From NCBI RefSeq assembly GCF_964204645.1, contig NC_134029.1, forward strand, positions 4,402,001 to 4,466,000: 64,000 bases of DNA, given 5' to 3'. The position numbers and the translations under genes are program-made. Within the stretch, counting starts at the first letter, position 1. Each line of letters starts with the position of its first letter. Positions 63,701 to 64,000 of this stretch are shown here, one piece after another. The notes below the pieces were generated by a model. That model was not told the origin of the DNA. It was given only the letters and a program-made list of their open reading frames with translations, and did no database searches. Source of the DNA: Tubulanus polymorphus (lineage: Eukaryota > Animalia > Nemertea).

Positions 63701-63761
63701 CATCGGGACCTTTACTCGGCAGTGTGTCTAACAATTTATCAACTCGTTGTGGCGAGGTTTT
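54797..63761 (-). CDS. APAF1: Apoptotic protease-activating factor 1 (CARD-NB-ARC-helical-WD40), 5'-partial, ~1219 aa in window
   Basis: Fifteen exons (63761-62966, 62349-62111, 61746-61576, 61223-60984, 60435-60254, 59956-59833, 59129-58500, 58068-57940, 57603-57478, 57212-57093, 57008-56883, 56681-56550, 56075-55953, 55781-55653, 55189-54797), all GT-AG and in frame (3660 nt). They encode the CARD end (LLDTLPSKGPDAFDAFVDAL), GGVPPRP, Walker A GMGGSGKS, FPGGVFW, Walker B LLVLDDVW, VTTRD, GMPLA, PDIIQLAL, multiple WD40 repeats and the C-terminus FVTIDSPGTMYILK. Confidence 0.95.
59228..59664. mobile_element. Non-autonomous DNA transposon with 8-bp TSD in an Apaf-1 intron
   Basis: TIRs ggtatcaggacaattgccccc / gggggcaattgttctagaatcc, flanked by ATAAGAAC at 59220-59227 and 59665-59672. 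Confidence 0.8.
61299..61454. mobile_element. PIF/Harbinger-like MITE (CAG TSD)
   Basis: cag|ggccaagttccacag ... catgaaaccgggcc|cag; the TIRs are imperfect. Confidence 0.5.
61852..62074. mobile_element. Palindromic element carrying two oppositely oriented minimal hammerhead ribozyme motifs (copy B), in an Apaf-1 intron
   Basis: Near-perfect inverted arms of ~95 bp (gtagagagaatcccac...tcatcttcaggaa / ttcctgaagatga...gtgggattctctctac). Confidence 0.85.
61979..62024 (+). ncRNA. Minimal type I hammerhead ribozyme motif (Penelope-type)
   Basis: TTGTTC(stem I)-CTGAAGA-T-GAATAT-taggat-ATAGTC(stem II, one mismatch)-GAAAC-GTT^-GAATAA(stem I'). Stem III is reduced to the palindrome ACGT. Confidence 0.7.
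62504..62744. mobile_element. Two tandem PIF/Harbinger-like MITEs (62504-62643 complete; 62647-62744 partial)
   Basis: cag|gggccagttgcacagtc ... gactatgcaactggccc|cag (3-bp CWG TSD). The second copy shares aagtccaaaagtgg and ends gcaactgaccc. Confidence 0.75.
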
Positions 63762-64000
63762 CTGGAAAAAAAAGAAGAGAAAATACAAGCGTGAATTCGA
63801 GCGCCGATTTCTAATCGATTAAGGAATAACAGTTGAATGAGGACTCCACGTTCGACTGTGGCAATCGAGAATTCTGGTTTGTGGCAAGTGAGGATCCAAC
63901 AGGTGGCGCTAGTTTATATTCACAAATCTCAAATTTCATGAATGATAAATAAAATTTCCCTGTAGGGCCATGAACCTTAAAGATCAATCTAAGTTAATTA

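Noticed and set aside
6232-63761. Neurotrophin-like ligand, calpain and Apaf-1 as a survival/death gene cluster
   Set aside because: Gene adjacency in animals is usually incidental, and no synteny evidence is available from this window.

Overview
AT-rich eukaryotic (invertebrate animal) DNA with spliceosomal introns; there are no prokaryotic features. Six protein-coding genes were assembled by hand from splice signals and reading-frame continuity: (1) the 3' end of a GPI-anchored Ly6/uPAR three-finger protein (51-630, +); (2) a secreted NGF/Spaetzle-like cystine-knot precursor (6232-14610, +); (3) a 20-exon classical calpain with a U12 intron and a GC-AG intron (18305-25207, +); (4) a glucose-6-phosphate 1-epimerase-like gene whose first intron appears to need a TT donor (26142-28481, +); (5) an unrecognised secreted 10-Cys protein split by an ~18.8 kb intron (29931-49256, +); (6) Apaf-1, 5'-truncated by the window (54797-63761, -). 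A tRNA-Arg(TCT) and many short inverted-repeat elements are also present. The most striking non-coding observation is a ~220-bp palindromic element (two copies, 61852-62074 and 17035-17243) whose arms carry a minimal type I hammerhead ribozyme motif. All gene models are manual and lack transcript support.
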